Positions 49,249-60,236 of a DNA stretch of 64,000 nt are shown one piece after another (positions within the stretch are counted from its first letter, which is position 1; each line of letters starts with the position of its first letter). The stretch is from contig JAUFOR010000006.1 of the NCBI GenBank assembly GCA_040285745.1, positions 186,001-250,000 of the forward strand. Reading direction: 5' to 3'. This stretch comes from Barthelona sp. PCE (taxonomy: Eukaryota). The notes under the pieces are model-generated. The model saw only the letters and a program-made list of their open reading frames with translations, had not been told where the DNA came from and searched no databases. Both the position numbers and the translations under genes were made by a program.

Positions 49249-51324
49249 CTATTCAGTATTTGTTGGAGATTTTGTAACAATATTTTTAATAAGAGAACAC
49301 TCAACATCAATGCATGTATAACCCTCAAAATCTCGAACATCAATCACTCGTTCAACAATTTCCGCATTATACTCATCATCAAAGGTTACAATAATGAATG
49401 TCATCATATTTGACTCATCTTTTCTATACACAGCAACGTTTTCCTCATTGCTGCGGTTCTCATGCATCTGGAATCCATCAGGGACTTGAAAAACCTTTGT
49501 TACACTTTGACGATCAATGTCGAATACATAAATTCCTTGGTCTCCAACTATTAAACTAGGACCAATGAACTCAAGGAAATCCTCGTACAACTCATTAGAT
49601 TCAATAACCAGTGTTTTAATCTGATCATCACTGGTAACACTAACAAATTGACCAATCTCATCATCATCATAAGAAACACAGAACAATGTATTACTCCATT
49701 GATTGTAAATAAGGGAATCTGAAGTTATTCCAGTTGGTAGAAGTTGGCAGACGTTATAATCGCTGTCAAAAGTGTAAATAAAAACATCTCTATCTAATGA
49801 TATACCAGCAATACGTTGTTGGTTATTTTCATTGGGTTTAATGAATTTAGCTTCAACTGGTGAACAATCTTTACCAACCTCATTTTCTATTGTAACTGCA
49901 ATGTTGTTCAGCTTCATTACATCGCTGTCTGATGTCAACATAAAACCACCAGGGTTGATATCATCCAATACCATTGTATCGTGTGTAGTAATCTTTCCAA
50001 ATGCAATACCATTGTCCATTGTGACTGGCGCAACTACGCATTTATCAAAATCATATATTTCTTCATTGAATTGAGCGTTGACGATCAAGTATGGTTTTCC
50101 TGTGAAGAACTGAATACATGCTGTATCAAGTGGTGCACAATCTAGATCGACAATGTGACATTCACCGGTTACAGTGTTGAAAACTAATACACGATATAAG
50201 ACGTCTGATATGATTATAAAATCTTTATACAGAGTACAATAAGAAATTTTTGGAATGAAAAATGCAACATTGCTCATTTTCATGGGAACAGAAACAAATA
50301 CATTGTTCCTGGATCTCACATTAAGCTTGTGTAAACCATTATACTCAAACAAAGAGTTCGAATTGAGTGAAACAGAAAAATCTGCGTCAGCACAAGTCAA
50401 CGGTTTACCCCACGAAATTCCACGTGTTGAATGAACAGCGTCACCATTAATAAAAATGTTATAAAAGATATTACCAGTAAAAACAGTCATTTGAAGCTGT
50501 CTATTCGGTATATCAAGTTTATGAATAAGTACCGAGCTCAAACTACTGTCTGTGTACTGAATAGCTGTATCAAGCCCAGGGAATTCTTCAAGAAAATCTA
50601 TAACTTTATCCTTAAAAAAATATTTAATGAAGCAACAACTTCCACCAGCTTCACCTATAATAAAGAATCCATCAAAGTTGAGGCTTTCTGGGAAGTAACA
50701 ATCAGCTGGAACCAATAACTGTCTGAATAAATCTCCATAATTACGATTCATATGATTATCCCTTGTTAACTGGAATAAATAAACTTTTTCATTAGTGTAA
50801 TCATTAAAGAGAATCCCATTTCTACACGTACCCCAATGATCAATCTCATTGGATGGAATTAAAAGGTCGCTGCAGTATATATTAGATGTCATAACATTCA
50901 TAATCCGAAATACACAAATTGTTTCATCAGACTCATCATTGAAACAAACTAGCGCGTCTCCATCTATACTTAAGAAGTATACGTATATGAATGTAATGTC
51001 TTGGTAATCTATTGTATAGCTTAATTCGTGGGTTTGTTGATTTAAGGTATCATAGAAGCTTGTCGTGAATGTATGTGATGATGTTCCTTCATCAACAAAC
51101 TTATCTTCGTTGCTGTAAAATATATGCGGTTCAAAAAGACATTTACGTGATGATAAACGTTGTTTTGGTTTGATTGTTGGCTGTTCAAAAGGAAGAAAGG
51201 CGACTTTTTCATTAGTTAACGGATTATCATACTCATACGACTTGTCTTTCAAGCATAAAACACAACTGTTGTCATATATAACTTTTTCGGTGTTTTCTTC
51301 CACATATGGTTGAATTCTAGGCAT
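49249..51324 (-). CDS. Divergent beta-rich 'MPR'-family protein B, 691 aa
   Basis: Start MPRIQPYVEEN at 51324; LFEPHIFYS matches LLEPTIFYR of the neighbour. Confidence 0.75.
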   Translation of the reverse strand: MPRIQPYVEENTEKVIYDNSCVLCLKDKSYEYDNPLTNEKVAFLPFEQPTIKPKQRLSSRKCLFEPHIFYSNEDKFVDEGTSSHTFTTSFYDTLNQQTHELSYTIDYQDITFIYVYFLSIDGDALVCFNDESDETICVFRIMNVMTSNIYCSDLLIPSNEIDHWGTCRNGILFNDYTNEKVYLFQLTRDNHMNRNYGDLFRQLLVPADCYFPESLNFDGFFIIGEAGGSCCFIKYFFKDKVIDFLEEFPGLDTAIQYTDSSLSSVLIHKLDIPNRQLQMTVFTGNIFYNIFINGDAVHSTRGISWGKPLTCADADFSVSLNSNSLFEYNGLHKLNVRSRNNVFVSVPMKMSNVAFFIPKISYCTLYKDFIIISDVLYRVLVFNTVTGECHIVDLDCAPLDTACIQFFTGKPYLIVNAQFNEEIYDFDKCVVAPVTMDNGIAFGKITTHDTMVLDDINPGGFMLTSDSDVMKLNNIAVTIENEVGKDCSPVEAKFIKPNENNQQRIAGISLDRDVFIYTFDSDYNVCQLLPTGITSDSLIYNQWSNTLFCVSYDDDEIGQFVSVTSDDQIKTLVIESNELYEDFLEFIGPSLIVGDQGIYVFDIDRQSVTKVFQVPDGFQMHENRSNEENVAVYRKDESNMMTFIIVTFDDEYNAEIVERVIDVRDFEGYTCIDVECSLIKNIVTKSPTNTE

Positions 51325-51560
51325 TAAAAATAAACAAAGCTGTACAAAAAACTTGTGATAGAGAGAGAAAAGGTAGAACAAGTATTGTGATTTATTTTTA
51401 CCCTTTTCATATTTTAGATGGAGATGCGTTTGAAGCCAACACACAGCGGTAAGACGATAGTTGTCTTCGTTGAGTAACTGATCATGAATTAGACCAATTT
51501 CTTTGTGCTTTTTACATTTCTTCTCTTTTCAGTTTTTATTGGGACAGTACTGTACATGCA

Positions 51561-53441
51561 ATGCCTCACGTAAGGCCATGGGTAACGGAGAACTTTATTT
51601 TCACAAATTTTCATGAAATAGTAATTATTTCAAGTACAAATGAGGTATTTAACAACCGAAAACTACACTTAATTGACATATATAAGGAATTAGTATTCCA
51701 AGGTCCGCCCGTACCTCCTCTTTACAACGATATTGTTCAAAGTGAGAAATTTGATATGTTGAAACCAACTTTGTTAGAGCCAACGATTTTTTACCGAACT
51801 ATGCATCTTGGTACAGATAGATCTATTACTGAACTGTTTGAATTCAGTGAAGGGGAGTTTATTTTTGTGAATCAATTCGATTTACCCTTTAGTTTTGAAG
51901 GATTCTTATTGGATAAGAATTATTTGGTATGCCAGAGAAAAGGTAATTATAAGACAGTTATTGAAATTGTGGAATTAAGAAGTAGCAATATTGTTTTTTT
52001 GAAAGTTTGTGAATCTGAAGTTGTTGAATTTGTTGAACAGTATGGATGTGCTTACATGGTATTCGGAGATCATTATAGTAACATTATGCTGTTTTCATAT
52101 ACAGATGAAGGCGTACCACAACTTATACATGATCATCCCTTTCAGAACGTAAAAATACGTGCGTTAGATCGAACTCCTGGTTATAATCGTATTGTAGTTG
52201 AAGAAAATGAAGAACTATGCACTTGTTCAGTGGACGAAAATGGTGTTTTGTCATTTCACCAGGAAAAATATTGCTTTACAAAATGGAATTGCAGAATAGA
52301 GTTTATTAACTTCTTAGATATTATTATTCCACACCCCAGGGACCGCGTACACTGTCACAGCACATATTGCGAATATTGGGATTTTGTGATGCTTGATAAT
52401 CAAGTGCATTGCACTGTGTATGATTCAGTAACAGGATTTACAACATTTCACCGTATATTTAAACGTGATATGAAATGTTTGTTTTTATTAGGAATCGATA
52501 CATTACCGTTTTTAAACATTAACCAACGCACTAGCACATCTTTTAGAAATTTCCCATTGTGTTTTGATTGGGTTAACAATTCTATCTGCTTATTTCATCC
52601 TTCTTCAGCAATGGAGGGCAGTACACTGCATAGTGTACACAGGTTTTATGATATTAATTCTCAGAAATGGTGCATTGGTTATGTGGTTGAAGAAGAAGGA
52701 GATTGTATAATTATTAAGCCAAAGAAAACAGTGAGATTTAAGAATCCAAAAGGCATTGAGTATTACAACGTATCCTTTAACAACAAACATCATGCTATTA
52801 CATTTAAACTGAGACAAGGATGGTTTTTCAAAGTTAATGAATTGTCATTGAACAGAAACGATATTCAATCAATGACAGTCGTGGGCAACCATGTATGGTT
52901 TGTTATTGGATTTAGAATTATCGCTATTTATATCCTAGATGAAGAAACAAGTGTTGTTAACAAAGAAATTGAAGTTGAAGTTGGTGATATGGTTGTTTAT
53001 TTATCTCCTAATCCATATTGTAAGGACGAGTGCTTTATAGGTTGTCATAATCGATGCTTTATTGCTAAATATGACAGGGAAGAAGAAATGCTGAAGAAGT
53101 ATGAAATTGTGCTCAATGATTCTCATAATCTTTGCTTTATTGATCAGGGAATGGTTGTTTATGGCAATAAGCTGTACGGTTTTGATGAGGATGGAATTAG
53201 TAATACATGGAATATAGCATTGGAAGAGGAAATTTTGCAAAAAAAAATGATATCACCTAATCCTGGTTTTGTTGCATGGTTTGAATATATTAATAGTTTT
53301 AACTTAAAGATGCATACCATGACACACAATCACGATTTAACTGGACTTGTTATTGACTCAAAAAATTTAAATGTCATAGAGTTTTTAGCAAATTGTAATG
53401 TAGATTCTGTATTATCCTCTTTTGGTAGTTTTTGTTCATAA
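51561..53441 (+). CDS. Divergent beta-rich 'MPR'-family protein C, 626 aa
   Basis: MPHVRPWVTEN start; LLEPTIFYR, DRTPGYNRI, PNPYCKDECFI, SPNPG. Confidence 0.75.
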   Translation: MPHVRPWVTENFIFTNFHEIVIISSTNEVFNNRKLHLIDIYKELVFQGPPVPPLYNDIVQSEKFDMLKPTLLEPTIFYRTMHLGTDRSITELFEFSEGEFIFVNQFDLPFSFEGFLLDKNYLVCQRKGNYKTVIEIVELRSSNIVFLKVCESEVVEFVEQYGCAYMVFGDHYSNIMLFSYTDEGVPQLIHDHPFQNVKIRALDRTPGYNRIVVEENEELCTCSVDENGVLSFHQEKYCFTKWNCRIEFINFLDIIIPHPRDRVHCHSTYCEYWDFVMLDNQVHCTVYDSVTGFTTFHRIFKRDMKCLFLLGIDTLPFLNINQRTSTSFRNFPLCFDWVNNSICLFHPSSAMEGSTLHSVHRFYDINSQKWCIGYVVEEEGDCIIIKPKKTVRFKNPKGIEYYNVSFNNKHHAITFKLRQGWFFKVNELSLNRNDIQSMTVVGNHVWFVIGFRIIAIYILDEETSVVNKEIEVEVGDMVVYLSPNPYCKDECFIGCHNRCFIAKYDREEEMLKKYEIVLNDSHNLCFIDQGMVVYGNKLYGFDEDGISNTWNIALEEEILQKKMISPNPGFVAWFEYINSFNLKMHTMTHNHDLTGLVIDSKNLNVIEFLANCNVDSVLSSFGSFCS

Positions 53442-53445
53442 CTTA

Positions 53446-55269
53446 TTAAATAAGTTTAACTTCAAAAACGGACAGAAAGTCCATTAAAATATCATAACGG
53501 TTCTCTTTTTCACCTTGTTCAGATATACTACGCACAACAATCTCTCTATTTATATAAGAAATTTCTTCAACAACATTTTCACCTGGACAGGAAAGATGCT
53601 TGTCTATATCTACATCACAATGGACAATATTAATTATGGAAAAATCTTCACTCATTTTATAAATACCCTGATCAGTAAAGAACCCTAGACATCCACAACA
53701 TCCACCAATACACTCTTCTTCATTAATTTTCAGCTGAACAGATCTATCAGCAGCAATATCACGGACATAAGACCCTTCGTTTAAGGTATAAATGTAATAA
53801 TTAGGATTAAACGGATTTGACATCAAATCATCTGATTCTTCATCAAAAATTGTAGTATTTGTAATTGTGACATTATCATTATCATAATAGAATTCAATCT
53901 CGTATCTTTTATCTCTTGAGAACACACATAAACCTTTGTTAGGACCAATACTACAACAAAACATTTGAGTATAAAAATTTAGATGTGAAATTTCTCCATT
54001 AGCATCATACATTAAAAAATGTTCATTGGCATCAGCTTGGGACGTCCATTCACATACAGCATCACCTGCTTTGATCATAATGCGATTTGTAAGACCGTTG
54101 GAGAGGTCTTGAGCAGAAATCCCTTCATGAAGCACTGAATTAACAAAATCATTCCACTTATCTTCATTAGAACCTTTCAAGTACACACGCTTCTCATCGA
54201 CATTTATGATGACATTAACGTCATCACCAAAAATGAAATTTGATCTGTATTTACGAACGGTTTCGGGATCAAGTATTGCATATACGTTATCAAGGCTGAC
54301 GATTCTATCAAAAGAATAGAAGCTATCATTTAAAACTTGTAATTCTTTCTGAAATAGTTCACGGAGATCCAAACCATGGGAAAAGTTAACTTTAGGTCTG
54401 TTATTAAATGCAATATTACCTGTACCTGATATACTTGCAATGCATCTGATACCTTCGTCTGAGAGATCTATAAAGTTTGTTGTTTCAAATGACGAAAAGC
54501 AAAACAATTGATAATCTTTTTGATAGACTAGCACACAAAAAGTATTAATAAAAGAAATATCATTCATCATGGATGCTAAATAGTCGACTAGCAACTGTGG
54601 TATAGGTTCTATGTTAACACCATCGTATAGAAATGATGCTGAATCATTGGGTTTCAAATACATGGTAACCAAACAATTCCCTCCAGGTATAACAGCGTAA
54701 GTATCAAACAATTCAATGTCTATAAGGGCTCCATCAATGTCCCTAGAATGATCTGTATCTATTATTGTTTGATTTTGAATAATAGATGAGGTAAAAATAC
54801 ATCCTGACTCCGCTAATAATTGCTTTTCGTTTCTTTGAGAAGATATCAATGGAGTAGTGTATAAAGCCAACACGTTATCATCACAAGAGTCAGCTTCGTG
54901 GTAGATTTTTCCAACACCAAAAGCTATTTTTGCGCTAGATTCTAAAGAAACGTTATAAGTATTCAGTATTTTAGGTCCATTTTTGGTGAGGGATACCTTT
55001 ACGATACTCTCCGTGTGACCTAAGTCATTAACTCTAAAATATGCTTCATTTCCAAAAAGTGTGGGGAAAAGCTCATATTTCATTTCTATTGGATATTCAA
55101 AATGCTTCATCCGCATAAAGTGGCAGTTGTAATGATCATTAAGATTGAAAATATCCAGAAATTGTAAGTCTCCATCATGTAACCAAATAGTATTACATGA
55201 GTCAGTAACCACGCAATCAACCAGTCCCTGAACGTGCATTCCGCCTTCAAATCCCTTTCTGCGTGGCAT
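53446..55269 (-). CDS. Divergent beta-rich 'MPR'-family protein D, 607 aa
   Basis: MPRRKGFE start; AVIPGGNCLV, ISFIN, SNPFNPNYYI, FTDQG are collinear with paralogue motifs. Confidence 0.7.
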   Translation of the reverse strand: MPRRKGFEGGMHVQGLVDCVVTDSCNTIWLHDGDLQFLDIFNLNDHYNCHFMRMKHFEYPIEMKYELFPTLFGNEAYFRVNDLGHTESIVKVSLTKNGPKILNTYNVSLESSAKIAFGVGKIYHEADSCDDNVLALYTTPLISSQRNEKQLLAESGCIFTSSIIQNQTIIDTDHSRDIDGALIDIELFDTYAVIPGGNCLVTMYLKPNDSASFLYDGVNIEPIPQLLVDYLASMMNDISFINTFCVLVYQKDYQLFCFSSFETTNFIDLSDEGIRCIASISGTGNIAFNNRPKVNFSHGLDLRELFQKELQVLNDSFYSFDRIVSLDNVYAILDPETVRKYRSNFIFGDDVNVIINVDEKRVYLKGSNEDKWNDFVNSVLHEGISAQDLSNGLTNRIMIKAGDAVCEWTSQADANEHFLMYDANGEISHLNFYTQMFCCSIGPNKGLCVFSRDKRYEIEFYYDNDNVTITNTTIFDEESDDLMSNPFNPNYYIYTLNEGSYVRDIAADRSVQLKINEEECIGGCCGCLGFFTDQGIYKMSEDFSIINIVHCDVDIDKHLSCPGENVVEEISYINREIVVRSISEQGEKENRYDILMDFLSVFEVKLI

Positions 55270-55407
55270 AATAAAAAAAAGAACCTTTTAAAAGAGTGAA
55301 AAAAAAAAATTGTAGTTAGTTTCAAGTGCTTTGTTTCATTTTAGCATACTCAATGAAGTTTATGCAATCTAATCGAGATATTAAACTATATTTTACTACT
55401 TTTCAAA

Positions 55408-56406
55408 TCAACAACAATCCATTGAACCATAACAATGCTTAATAATATCTTCTTCTGTCATATTTTCAAAGTTACTTAAACTATTCCAATCAATAAAAAT
55501 GTTAAACGTGCCCATATCCCCAAACGTAACAGGACTTAAAAGATCTGAATCGAAGGAAATAAAATTTGTTTGTTTTTCACAACCTGCTTCTTTCCAATAT
55601 GAAATAGGATCTTGAGTAAAGACACCAGTAGCCGAAAATAAACGTGTACCAGCGTTTCCAGATCGCCAACGACCATAAAGACAATCATACATAACTTCAT
55701 TGCAAAAATCTTCAAACCATTTGAATGGTTCCGGTAAAGTGGCATCTTCAAAATCGTGCTCAATGGTTCGCACTCTGATAGCTTTAAAAAATTTCTTTGA
55801 AAAATCGTTATAGTCAAGATTCTCATCTTTTGGAATATCAGCAACTTGACGAAGGTAATTGCAAAGAACTAATTGTTCAACATTAATCCAACCTGTAAAT
55901 GTTTTAGGTACAAAATCTCCACAAAAAGTTTCTTCTTCAGGAATATAAGGATAATCACTTAGATTTATAGGTGATGAGATATCATCCTTGGTTAGAAGCC
56001 TAATGACGACTCCTGCATCGCTTAGACCATACATGTTACCAGAAGGAGTATAATTTTCAGTAAAAAAAACTTGAATCATTGCAACAGTGCTGGGGATATT
56101 CTGTTCAGCTAAATATTCATTTGGAAGATCATCAAGATAGAGTTGTAGGGCCAAATTGGCTTTTGGATCTGGTTTGAGTGGATATCTTTCACATAAAAAT
56201 GGTAAACCACCAGTTTTGGAACATAATGAAAGAGGTTTGAAATCAATCTTTCCAACCTCTACGATTGGCATAAGTGAAAAAATTCTTGTTTCAAAGATTT
56301 TTTCAAGTATCTCAGCCTCTTCAGCTGTTTCAAATTCTGAAAATGCAGGATGCGCGGATAAAGTTTGAGAAGATGGAAGATGCAATGTAACGAAGGGAAG
56401 AGGCAT
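55408..56406 (-). CDS. DUF1963/YwqG-family protein, bacterial type, 332 aa
   Basis: SKTGGLPFL..YP, LALQLYLDDLP, MIQVFF, FTQDP, FGDMGTFNIFI and terminal DCC; start MPLPFV at 56406. Confidence 0.85.
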   Translation of the reverse strand: MPLPFVTLHLPSSQTLSAHPAFSEFETAEEAEILEKIFETRIFSLMPIVEVGKIDFKPLSLCSKTGGLPFLCERYPLKPDPKANLALQLYLDDLPNEYLAEQNIPSTVAMIQVFFTENYTPSGNMYGLSDAGVVIRLLTKDDISSPINLSDYPYIPEEETFCGDFVPKTFTGWINVEQLVLCNYLRQVADIPKDENLDYNDFSKKFFKAIRVRTIEHDFEDATLPEPFKWFEDFCNEVMYDCLYGRWRSGNAGTRLFSATGVFTQDPISYWKEAGCEKQTNFISFDSDLLSPVTFGDMGTFNIFIDWNSLSNFENMTEEDIIKHCYGSMDCC

Positions 56407-56836
56407 TAGTAGTGGTGCAAATTGAAGTGGTAGAACGGAGGAGAATTGGAAAAACAAAGATCTTTTTATGCAGTTTTTTCATGTCGTTTTGATAGCTCTT
56501 AAAGGGGTTAATGTATAGATTTAGTGTTTATTGGTTGAAATCAAGAGTATTCACATGTAAATAAAGGAGCCTGCACTATTTGCTGCCAATTTTTTTGATT
56601 AATTACTGTATCTTACCCATATTCGCGAGATAAAATAGTATTTGGTGCGCTTCAAACGATTTTTTTAGAGGAAAAGTATATCTCTTTTTAAAACTGCCTT
56701 ACATATTCTTTTCCATCAATTTTATTAGTGAAATGACGGTAATATTTCAACTTATAGTGATAATCAGGAATAAAAGCCTGAAAAATTGCTTTATCAATTA
56801 TTCCCCCATTTCTACTTGATTTCCTAAAAGCGCACA

Positions 56837-59239
56837 ATGTCAAACTCGACCTCAGTTCTACAACAGCTCGAGGACGATGATTCTGAGTACGAATACGAAG
56901 AAGAACAACCTACAGGAGCCGGAATGCGTTTTCTTGATATGGAAGCAGCCGGTGAGAGCGAAGAAGAAGAGGAAGACGGAGAGTATAACGAAGATGAGTT
57001 CAATGACTTCATCTCAACAATGCAAACAGATAAGCGTGGTCGTAGAAGTTTCGCTGATATTGATAAATACATGAACATGACTGAGGAGCAGGCCGAAGAC
57101 ATGTCTACTGATGCAGTAATGGATGATTCGGTACGTTTACACTTACTAAAACCTGATCTTCATGACCCCAAAATTTTCGAGGTCATGTGTCGTCCAAACA
57201 AAGAATTCCTCGCCGTGAGGCAGCTTACAATCATTGCAACGAACCATCAGCTTCGGAATAATCGTTTAGGGGTTACTGCAATATTACACGCCAATCGACG
57301 TGGTGCGATTTTCATTGAAGCAATGAATATTAAGGCGGTTGAGAACCTTTTGCAGTACGCTGGATCGGAGTACATTATGTTTACTAAACCACCGGTCCTC
57401 ATTGAAGACCCGACGAGAGTTTTCTTGAAACTATTATCCACTTCTGCTACAAATCTTACACCAGGTTCTTACGTAAGGATCAAGAAGTCACCCTACACCA
57501 GTGATTTGGGTGAAGTTGTCTTTTATAATTCTGCACGTGAAGAAGCCATGGTAAAAGTTGTACCTCGTATTAGGTATGAACGTGGTGGTGTCAAAGGACG
57601 CCCAGAGCAAAAGCTTTTCGATCTTAGCATCGCAGCAAAGTATTCAAAGTCTGGTCATATCTCAAAGAGCGTCATTCATGGTATTGAAGTTTACCATTAC
57701 AGAAGGCATAGGGTTGGTGTCAGTGATAATATGGCCTATGTCATCTGCAAGCTTGAGGATCTGGAGACTGATGGAATTGTTTTCTCAGCAAAGGAGATTC
57801 AATTTTTTAGTATGGAGAACAGACAGTCTATTGAATTCATCGTTGGAGACCGTGTGACAGCCATAGAGGAAAGTTTCAAGGCTTCACAGCTCACAGGTAC
57901 AGTTGCTAGCAAGCATGAGCGTAACGGAGAGATTTTCTTGGAGGTTGCATTTGATAGCTCGTTCAATCTTGACGGAACGTATGAATTCCCAGTGTCAGAG
58001 GTCCTGTGGTTGCCCATAACAGGCGACAAGGTGCGTTACACCGAGGAATCGACTGACTTGGAGGGAACGCTTGTTTCGTACTCGTTGGAGAACTATACAG
58101 CAGTCATTGCTACATCAACGGGTAACACAGTGACGAAATTGCTCAGCGAGATCACCAAGCCAGCACAAGAGGTTGAATCAGTTGGAGATTTTGTCAGGCA
58201 TTCGTTGATAGAGTTATCTCTTGGAAAAGTTGGAGTTATTTTACGTATGACTCCATACAATGCTACGGTTCTGTTGACTACAAACAAGATGATGGACGTT
58301 TCACTCGAACAGGTCCGTCTCATTTCTCAGGCATATGCACGTGCTACAGCTCTCGATAGTCAGCGCTCAACGATTCATAGAAGTGTTGAGGTTCAAATTT
58401 TGCGTGGTCCAGGTATGGGCCGTCACGCCACTGTGCGATATGTGTACAACTCGTATCTTTTCTGTGTCGATAACAACTCTAGATGGGTATGTGTTGCTGC
58501 AGGTGACGTTTTACTTAACAAATCTGAAGAACCTCGCATGCTTGTTAACAGCGTACCCGCATCCCTCAGCAGAGCAGCGAAGCGTACAGGTGTTCGCGTT
58601 ACTGACAAATATGTTATCATTGACAGAGGCGAGTACAAAGGAAAATACGGTTACATCGAGTCACAACACGGTGGTTTTGTCCGTGTTAAACTCGAGGCAC
58701 TCGGAAGGACAGTCTCTGTTGATCGTCAGGCTATTAGAGAAGCAAATTGGCAGAAGAGTATCGGTGAGACCACAACCATTCGTACAGCTCAATGGGAGAC
58801 AGATGATCTCTGGAATGATGAAGCCATGCCAGAGGAGACTATGGAGGTACCAGGAGAGGTAGAAGAGGAAGAGTTTGATTTGTTTGATGATGGTAAGGTG
58901 TATTCTACAATCAATGAGAAATTAGTCGACTTCGAATGGGTGCTTCGTGGTGCTTACATTTGTCACAGACAATCTGGCGAGGAAGCAGTTATTTTAGAGA
59001 AAGAAGGAGATGTCGTACTGGTTAAGTTACCTAATCAGGAGCAGACAAGGTGGCAAGTCTTTGATATTAAGCCTGGTTCCATTAGAGATGATTGTACGTT
59101 GTATGTTTGGGAGAATGATAGTTTTGAAGTCCAAGATTGTCTGTTTGCAATGGAAAGAAATATTCAATTGGCTAATAATTCTTCTACTTCACAGGACAAG
59201 GTCATTAGAATCGATAGAAACATTGCTGGTATTGAGTAA
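56837..59239 (+). CDS. SPT5: Transcription elongation factor Spt5
   Basis: Acidic N-terminus (RFLDMEA); NGN domain (PDLHDPKIFEVMCRPNKE, GAIFIEA); KOW domains (YVRIKKSPYTSDLGEV, VKVVPRI, RPEQKLFD, GEYKGKYG). Confidence 0.92.
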   Translation: MSNSTSVLQQLEDDDSEYEYEEEQPTGAGMRFLDMEAAGESEEEEEDGEYNEDEFNDFISTMQTDKRGRRSFADIDKYMNMTEEQAEDMSTDAVMDDSVRLHLLKPDLHDPKIFEVMCRPNKEFLAVRQLTIIATNHQLRNNRLGVTAILHANRRGAIFIEAMNIKAVENLLQYAGSEYIMFTKPPVLIEDPTRVFLKLLSTSATNLTPGSYVRIKKSPYTSDLGEVVFYNSAREEAMVKVVPRIRYERGGVKGRPEQKLFDLSIAAKYSKSGHISKSVIHGIEVYHYRRHRVGVSDNMAYVICKLEDLETDGIVFSAKEIQFFSMENRQSIEFIVGDRVTAIEESFKASQLTGTVASKHERNGEIFLEVAFDSSFNLDGTYEFPVSEVLWLPITGDKVRYTEESTDLEGTLVSYSLENYTAVIATSTGNTVTKLLSEITKPAQEVESVGDFVRHSLIELSLGKVGVILRMTPYNATVLLTTNKMMDVSLEQVRLISQAYARATALDSQRSTIHRSVEVQILRGPGMGRHATVRYVYNSYLFCVDNNSRWVCVAAGDVLLNKSEEPRMLVNSVPASLSRAAKRTGVRVTDKYVIIDRGEYKGKYGYIESQHGGFVRVKLEALGRTVSVDRQAIREANWQKSIGETTTIRTAQWETDDLWNDEAMPEETMEVPGEVEEEEFDLFDDGKVYSTINEKLVDFEWVLRGAYICHRQSGEEAVILEKEGDVVLVKLPNQEQTRWQVFDIKPGSIRDDCTLYVWENDSFEVQDCLFAMERNIQLANNSSTSQDKVIRIDRNIAGIE

Positions 59240-59293
59240 TAAAAGTTATGAAGGTTGGAAGATTGTTTTGTTTTTTCACTCCATTTCAAAAGA

Positions 59294-60176
59294 ATGTCGC
59301 AGCAGGCTATCACCAAAATCAATAGGATTTTACACAGGCTGGACTCTATTATCGATGAAAACGGTGGAATTAAAGAAGACACCAAGCAATTGAAGCTTTC
59401 TGTCTGGAAGAGCACGCGTAACGAATTATCTTCCCACATCAAGTCCATTAGAGAGGTATGACGACGTTCAAGATTGATATACTTATGTTTAGATGGTAGA
59501 ACACAGAGATCAGATTGCTGCAAAGAAACCACATGACAGACAGGTTCGTCAGCTTACAGCTCAGATTAGGTCGGAACTCTCCAACCTCAAAGAAGAATAT
59601 GAAGATTTGGAGGGTTTGAAAACCTCAAAGGTAAAAAAGAACACTCAAGATGATGCTCCAGAGATCCGTGAACAGGTTCTCGATCTCGCACAGCAGCATA
59701 TATCCCAAATTGAGAGCAGTTTAAGCAGAAAGAAACCTTCCAGGGAGGCAGGAGAACGTGTTAAACGTTCTTCATTATTTGCTCAAAAAAAGAATGGTGA
59801 ACCTAATCAACCAACGCCAACCAAGCCACTTATCTCAGAGCAGCTCCCAGAACTTGATTGTGATGAAGGATTAGCTCAAATATACGAGAACATTGAAATT
59901 CAGGATGGTAAATTGGAAGTTTTGTATAATTCAATAGTCAAAACAACAGATACAGCATTAGTTATTGGTGATGAGTTAGACAAACATGAGGAACTAGTTG
60001 AAGTTATTAGTGATAAAACTCAAAAAGCAACTGAACAAATTTCAGATGTTAACAAGAGAATCAAAAAGGCTATTGTAAGTGTACGAGGAGGAGAAAAATG
60101 TACATTGGATCTCATTTTACTGGTTTTGGTTGTATCCATTGCTTATTATATCTATCAAATGTTATCAAAAGCATAA
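59294..60176 (+). CDS. Qc-SNARE of the SYP7 (syntaxin-71-like) type (exons 59294-59455, 59493-60176)
   Basis: N-terminus ILHRLDSII; SNARE motif IQDGKLEVL...ELDKHEELVEVI; C-terminal CTLDLILLVLVVSIAYYIY TM anchor typical of SYP7. Confidence 0.8.
59456..59492 (+). other. Spliceosomal intron, 37 nt
   Basis: GTATGA...CTTATGTTTAG, phase 0; joins two adjacent ORFs into one SNARE. Confidence 0.88.
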
Positions 60177-60236
60177 AGGGGAAATTGTGAATAAAAATTA
60201 CAAAAAAGATTTTCTTTACTTTCCTAACCAGTTTGA

